A stretch of 63,622 nucleotides of DNA, counting the filler, from Licmophora abbreviata (lineage: Eukaryota): assembly GCA_900291995.1 (NCBI GenBank). It is 14 parts of 14 records of this genome, joined end to end, with 100 filler letters (N's around TTAATTAATTAA, not from the genome) between each part and the next. Parts side by side here need not be neighbours in the genome. Positions count along the whole stretch, not along the records: positions 58,391 to 59,618 come from OLMU01001268.1; positions 59,719 to 62,437 come from OLMU01001272.1; positions 62,538 to 63,622 come from OLMU01001291.1; 11 more parts are not named here. One strand, given 5' to 3'. How positions within the stretch are numbered: position 1 is the first letter of the stretch; each line of letters opens with the position of its first letter. A program made the position numbers and the translations under genes. Below are positions 58,391 through 63,622 of the stretch, piece after piece. The notes under the pieces were generated by a model. The model was not told where the DNA came from. It searched no databases and saw nothing but the letters and a program-made list of their open reading frames with translations.

Positions 58391-59119
58391 AATGCCGCTC
58401 GCGGTGCCGAAATTGTCCAGGAGCTCACGGCGCTCAGTCCAAATCAGACGCACTCCTTCCGATCGGTCGACGGGTTTGATTTAGAGAATTCTGTGAAGGA
58501 GTTAACCTCTTCTGGACAGAAACCTGACTTGCTCGTCATGACGCAAGGCATGGCCACGACGCAGGGGTATACCCCGACGGTCGATGGGATTGATCAGAAA
58601 CTGCAGCTGCATTACTTTAGTCGCTTCTACTTATTTCGTCTCTTGGCACCTCATTTACAGCAGAACCATGGACGCGTCTTGACTGTCCTGTCGGCGGATG
58701 TGCATCGAAAGTATCAAACATACAATTCCGACTTTGAACTCAAGCACCATTACAGCGTCCGGAATGCCGCCGATGCTGCGGGCTACTATACAGATGCTGG
58801 ATTTGAAGCGCTCGCAGAGAAGTACCCGAACGTGATTGCAGCCCACGCGGCTCCGGGTTTTGTCAACACGAATTGGGGAACCGAATTTCCGTGGTACCTC
58901 AAAGGCATTGTGCGCTTGATTCAGCCGCTTGGCAAGAGTCCGGAGAAGTGTGGCGAAGATCTTGTGAGCGGGTGGTTGGGCCTTCCACATGCACAAGCCG
59001 GCAAGAACTTCTTCCTTCTGGATCCCAGTGGAAAGGTGATTGAAAATGGCACAAAGCATACTCGAGAGGAGCGAGATGTCATCTGGGAAAAGACATTAGA
59101 GATTTTGCCGGATCTCTGA
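58391..59119 (+). CDS. Atypical short-chain dehydrogenase, N-terminus lost in gap
   Basis: DLLVMTQG, DGIDQKLQLHYFSRF, RVLTVLSA, HAAPGFVNT. Confidence 0.7.
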   Translation, partial: NAARGAEIVQELTALSPNQTHSFRSVDGFDLENSVKELTSSGQKPDLLVMTQGMATTQGYTPTVDGIDQKLQLHYFSRFYLFRLLAPHLQQNHGRVLTVLSADVHRKYQTYNSDFELKHHYSVRNAADAAGYYTDAGFEALAEKYPNVIAAHAAPGFVNTNWGTEFPWYLKGIVRLIQPLGKSPEKCGEDLVSGWLGLPHAQAGKNFFLLDPSGKVIENGTKHTREERDVIWEKTLEILPDL

Positions 59120-59281
59120 GCATTCTGATGATGTGCATAGCTACGGTAGTTCTCTTCCTGTTTCCTCTCGACTTTTTGCGGTAGACCTGCATGTCTACCA
59201 AAAATATGAAACAACAATACCAACCATTAGCTAAGAAAATTGCTGGCTGCCGTGCCGGTACCATGTTACAACCCGTTTCTC

Positions 59282-59618
59282 TCAGTCTTCCTTCGCCGAC
59301 GACGAAGCCTCGATAATGGCAGCCTCCAGTGCCTCCTTGGCTTGTTCGTCGTCAAGCCTCAAGGTAATCTTTTGCTGTCCATCGATACCACGTCCGAATA
59401 TGCTGGTTACGGATGGTACTTCATGTTGATGCAGCTCCCGCAAGTCCAATGGCGACAAGCCTGCGAGTCCCGCATGTCCGGCGAGGAAGATACGGCCTAG
59501 TGGTGCTTCGCCATTGTCAAAATCTTGTGCCGTGGGCCACCAGAGGAATCGTCGCCCTTGCACCATAGCAAAGACTTCACTCCAGTGCCACTGACGGTCT
59601 TCTGTCGTGAGCAAGACC
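59282..59618 (-). CDS. C-terminal fragment of a protein with a PH-like domain
   Basis: Frame is open from the gap. W...FAMVQGRRFLWW.....D.GEAPLGRIFL followed by a terminal helix. Confidence 0.5.
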
Positions 59619-59945
59619 NNNNNNNNNNNNNNNNNNNNNNNNNNNNNNNNNNNNNNNNNNNNTTAATTAATTAANNNNNNNNNNNNNNNNNNNNNNNNNN
59701 NNNNNNNNNNNNNNNNNNTGATGTCAAGGGTACGCAGTAAGACTAGGTGATGTCATCCAAACTTCAAACTTCGTGAGGGTGTTCGGAAGATTCGTTCGCT
59801 CGTATTGCCGTTATTCAGCCGTTATCTTTGCTTCGACTGATCGAAGAGACGAACCGGTATTCGTACTATACTTATTGCACTCTACGACGTAGAAAAGAGC
59901 TACTAAGGTAGGTCGTTACGTGCTATTTCCTAGAGATCGCCGAGC

Positions 59946-62437
59946 CTACCTAAACTCTCCATCAAACCCAATGAAGCCAGTGAGCTTGAAAATCGAATAG
60001 AACGGTTTGCTTGGAAGCTGACTGCACCAGTTCCACGCCGACGTCAGTCTTCCGTCGATGCAGCTGCCGGCATCGTAGAAATTATCCGCCCCGGAGCCGT
60101 CAAAGGCCGACCGGAAGAAGTCATGCAGGACATCCTTACGCAACTTCTCGAGGCCGCCGTAGCCGGAGTCGATCATCTCTTTGATACCATCGTCCTCCTC
60201 GTAGATGCGTTCTAGATTCTCCAGGCAGCTCACAATGGGTCCAAGAATCCTTGGAACTTGAGTGTACTTGTCAATGAAACTGAGAGCGTTTGGTACGTTG
60301 TGGTCTCCCAGATGAATCACGCTACTTCCGACCCAGTGATCTTTCACCTTGCTTTGGACGCGAGCGAGGATCTGCTGCATAGCTTTGTAGGTTCTCGGCG
60401 ACTGCTGGACTCGTTGCATTCCCTGGCCAGTGTCTTGCAAGGAATATGTGACAGTCTCGCTGAGGAGATCCTCTTCGGCCATGTGCCAAAGTCGAAACAT
60501 GTCGTCGATAATATCCCGCCATAGAGTGAGACTCTGCAGCGCAAAGTAGTATTGTCGCTCGTGATTGTGAGATAAGCGCGCTCCATCCTTGCCGCTGACG
60601 ATGCTCAGCGAATAACCCTCTTGGATGTTGCTTGGGGCGAAGTACTTCTTCAGAAACTCGATAATCTCGTCAATTGGAACTCGATTCGAGTTGAGGAATG
60701 AGTTGTTGTCGCATATTGAGTACAAACAAAGATGAATGTCTTCTTCGGACAATCGCCTTGTGCTATGCTTTGATTTGATCGACACAACAGCACGCTCCTT
60801 CCGTCGAATCTCCTGGGAGATTTTGGAGCGTGTCTTCTTTCCTGCGAGAATTTCTTCCGTCGCTGTCTCGATCAGTTTGTCATCCAGCACGCCCAAGCCT
60901 CCTCTTTCCTCAAGAAATTTATAAACACTCTCAATCCTCCCTTTGCAGGAAAAGGAAAGGTGGGGCTGAACCGACGGCGATACGGCGTCTTGAATCAAGT
61001 ATATCAGTTTCCCATACTCGGTTCTCATCTTCTCTGGATTCATAATCTTATGCCGTCGCGCAATCTCGAACATTTGCCGAAAAAAGGTCTCGTAGTCGAC
61101 GTAGTTGTCTTCGTCTAAGAGTTTCTAAGAAATCGGGTGAACCAACGACTACGTGAGAAAGGCGATGGAACGAAGACTGGGCATGACACCAGAAGCTAAA
61201 AAGAACTGTACCTGTCCTTTGGTGTAGTCACAGGCAGTAACCAAACCTCGTAAGACTGACGTGATTCCGCCAAGCTGGGCATGAGTTCTCCTCGCTTCGT
61301 TGCGAAACACCATATCGACTGTGGATGTGTAGTCGCAGCAGGTCATGGAAGCCTCTACCAGCCGTAGCATTTTCCTTTCGCCCAAACTGAGACGGATCGG
61401 GATGTACTTGGCGCGTTCTTTTACGGAGCTGTGTGACCCGACCGATGGTCGTAAGAGGTCTATCGAAAAATGATGAGGTGAGGTACTTCGAGCTCATGAA
61501 GCAGCCGGTTGACAAGCAGGGGCATACTTAGAACATACCTTTGTGGGCGTCGTCCTGCTCAGAGCTAATCCCGTTCGAAGGCTCTACCGGATCCATATCA
61601 TGCGTAGTCGCCTCTTGAGCGGCCGCCATCTCTGCCGCTTCCTTTTGGGACGCATCAATTATATCTTGAGCATCCTCGTCTGAGGAGAACGCAACGGTGT
61701 ACTGGCTTGTTTCAAATATCTTGGTAAACATGGGCCGCAGAGTTTCCTCGTGCAGTAGGCCGGCCTGGATCGCCTTTTCATTCAGTCGCAAAGTCACGCG
61801 CGTCCCAGACTCTCCGCGCACGTCTGCAAAGCGATCGTATCCGTTTCCTGCAGAAGGTCGCTCGCCCTCATTCATAGGTCTAGTAAGGTTGAAATTTGAA
61901 AAGGTATCCGCTTCGAAGGTAGCATCCACTCCCCGGAGACCAAGTTCAAACTCATAGTAGTCATCATGGTTCGACTAACGTGGAAAGCGAGAAGGACAGT
62001 GAGTGAGCACACCGTGTCTATCGTGACAGTGAGAGCAGGAGTCGATGCGTGAGACTCACTTTGGTTCCTACGTTGACGCCAATGGCAAGAGCAAACAAAG
62101 CTGTGTAAAATCCACCCACATCATGCTTGCGACAAGGAATCACAATGCCATCTTCTTCATCCGGGCTCGATTCTCGATCGGCGTTGTCCTCATCGTCGCT
62201 GGACTCCGACCCATCATCGTCTGTCGAGCCTACTTCTTCATCTGAATCGACGTCATCTTTGTCAGATCCCCCTTCTGAGGTGTCTTCCTCCTCATCAGCT
62301 TGATTTTCTTCCACCTTTTTGTCCAGACGCTGGGAGGCCGTTATGGCGCGACGAGACAGGTGACCAATGCCGAGACCGTTGATGAGGGTGCCGCGCGTCA
62401 TGCCTGCACCCAAATCCGTGATGGATAGCGTCTTTTT
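59946..62437 (-). CDS. DUF2009/UPF0652 family protein, multi-exon, 5' end in gap
   Basis: ERAKYIPIRL, FEIARRHKIMNPEKMRTEYGKL, GARLSHNHERQY, HLGDHNVPNAL.FIDKY, AFDGSGADNFYDAGSCIDGRLTSAWNWC. Confidence 0.88.
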
Positions 62438-62624
62438 NNNNNNNNNNNNNNNNNNNNNNNNNNNNNNNNNNNNNNNNNNNNTTAATTAATTAANNNNNNN
62501 NNNNNNNNNNNNNNNNNNNNNNNNNNNNNNNNNNNNNGCAAGTTCCACCGCTAGCTAGCTTGTAAACGAAATTGAAATGTGCGACTACTTTTAACTTGGG
62601 GGCAAACTTTGAATTGTCGCCAAT

Positions 62625-63605
62625 CTATTTGTCGGACGGAGATGGATTCTGCGAAAATTCGAGTTTCACACTTCTCAGTTCACCTGTCTGGAACCAGGGC
62701 TTCAAACTTTCGTCACACTCGCAAGCTCCATTGAAGATGGTAAATAGCCACCCCGAATGCGACGCCACCGCCACATTCGTTTCACTTCGCGTCGCGAGCC
62801 ACTCAAAAAACTCATAGATCCGTGCCCCCAGTTCCAACTTGGTCTCGCGTCGTTCGTCTCGAAAAATAACGTCTTCCTCTGTTTCCAGCAAGCTGAAATC
62901 AACCATGGGAAACTCGGCCGCCTGCCGCGACTTCGGGCGACGTTTGTCGCACACATGGACGCCGTTTTCCTCGCGCACAGCTTCGTGAGCGACAAAGGGT
63001 GCCTTGCCGATCAAGTGCTCAAAGACAACGACTCCGGTCTGCAGTGCACGACAGTTAGGAGAGAGCACGACTAGCTCGGGTTGAGCAGAAAAGGATTGGA
63101 CAGTCGGCTGTAGCACATAAGCCTGTTGTCGCCCCTTCTCTGTGAGAGGAGCGTCTAGGATGGCAGGCATAATGTACGGGTTTTCTTCGGTATGGGTGTA
63201 CTGTTCCCATTCAATACCCCGCTCTCTGGCTAAATCTGCCATTAGGTTGTGGAAGCCCTGTCCGTGTCTCACAAAGTGAACCGTCTTGACATTCTCCGCA
63301 TCGTCGGGCGGTGCGTTCGGGTCATCGAGAGCATAGGCCTTGACCAGAAGCGGTTTGGAACGCATGTGCTCGTACAAGCCGCCCATGGCTTCCAAGTGCT
63401 CGGCCGATTCCTTCTTGGAAAGGGCAATGGTGACGGCACTGTGTGCCGTGGCATCCTCCGAGGCGAGAGAGGTTGACATTGCGCTTTCGGGGCAATGTTG
63501 ACTCAATGCGGAAAGCAAAACCAAATTCGAAAAACAGAAAATGAACAGAAGCTGACAGAGGCTCCAAGAGGGATTTTGGAGGGGAGACGACTTTCTCACT
63601 GGCAT
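62625..63605 (-). CDS. Histidine phosphatase / phosphoglycerate mutase-like protein
   Basis: HFVRHGQGFHN, DAPLT..G..QA, SP..RALQT, CDKRR, VASHSGWL. Confidence 0.9.
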   Translation of the reverse strand: MPVRKSSPLQNPSWSLCQLLFIFCFSNLVLLSALSQHCPESAMSTSLASEDATAHSAVTIALSKKESAEHLEAMGGLYEHMRSKPLLVKAYALDDPNAPPDDAENVKTVHFVRHGQGFHNLMADLARERGIEWEQYTHTEENPYIMPAILDAPLTEKGRQQAYVLQPTVQSFSAQPELVVLSPNCRALQTGVVVFEHLIGKAPFVAHEAVREENGVHVCDKRRPKSRQAAEFPMVDFSLLETEEDVIFRDERRETKLELGARIYEFFEWLATRSETNVAVASHSGWLFTIFNGACECDESLKPWFQTGELRSVKLEFSQNPSPSDK

Positions 63606-63622
63606 GCAGCTCGAGAACGCAG

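Overview
Gene-dense eukaryotic nuclear DNA, very likely a diatom. This rests on short GT-AG introns, many bipartite signal+transit presequences with A-F/W cleavage, and Tic22, phytoene desaturase and fibrillin genes. The window is 14 contigs joined by 13 artificial 100-nt spacers (44 N + TTAATTAATTAA + 44 N). About 34 protein genes are supported: an AT-hook protein, Cgr1/CCDC86, FKBP12, TMTC, YME1/FtsH, a metallophosphoesterase fused to a RuvC-like domain, a 3xHMG-box protein, ABCG, PCMTD-like, Tic22, VTI1, vWA, sulfotransferase-like, 2OG-oxygenase-TPR, ankyrin-HEAT, STK19-like, two SDRs, PDS, ABCA, TOM1-like, a cathepsin D-like protease, fibrillin, MFS, TraB, DUF2009, a histidine phosphatase and several small Cys-rich proteins. 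Three things most deserve follow-up. (1) An apparently organelle-targeted metallophosphoesterase-RuvC-like fusion at 8463-10520. (2) A densely base-paired ~310-nt non-coding element with a cUACGg tetraloop, a possible pseudoknot and a (CA)n tail at 18051-18361. (3) A duplicated promoter plus exon 1 of the vWA gene that brackets a sulfotransferase-like gene and a CRE-like RT fragment at 22295-24490. All family calls come from motif recognition by eye; no searches were run.
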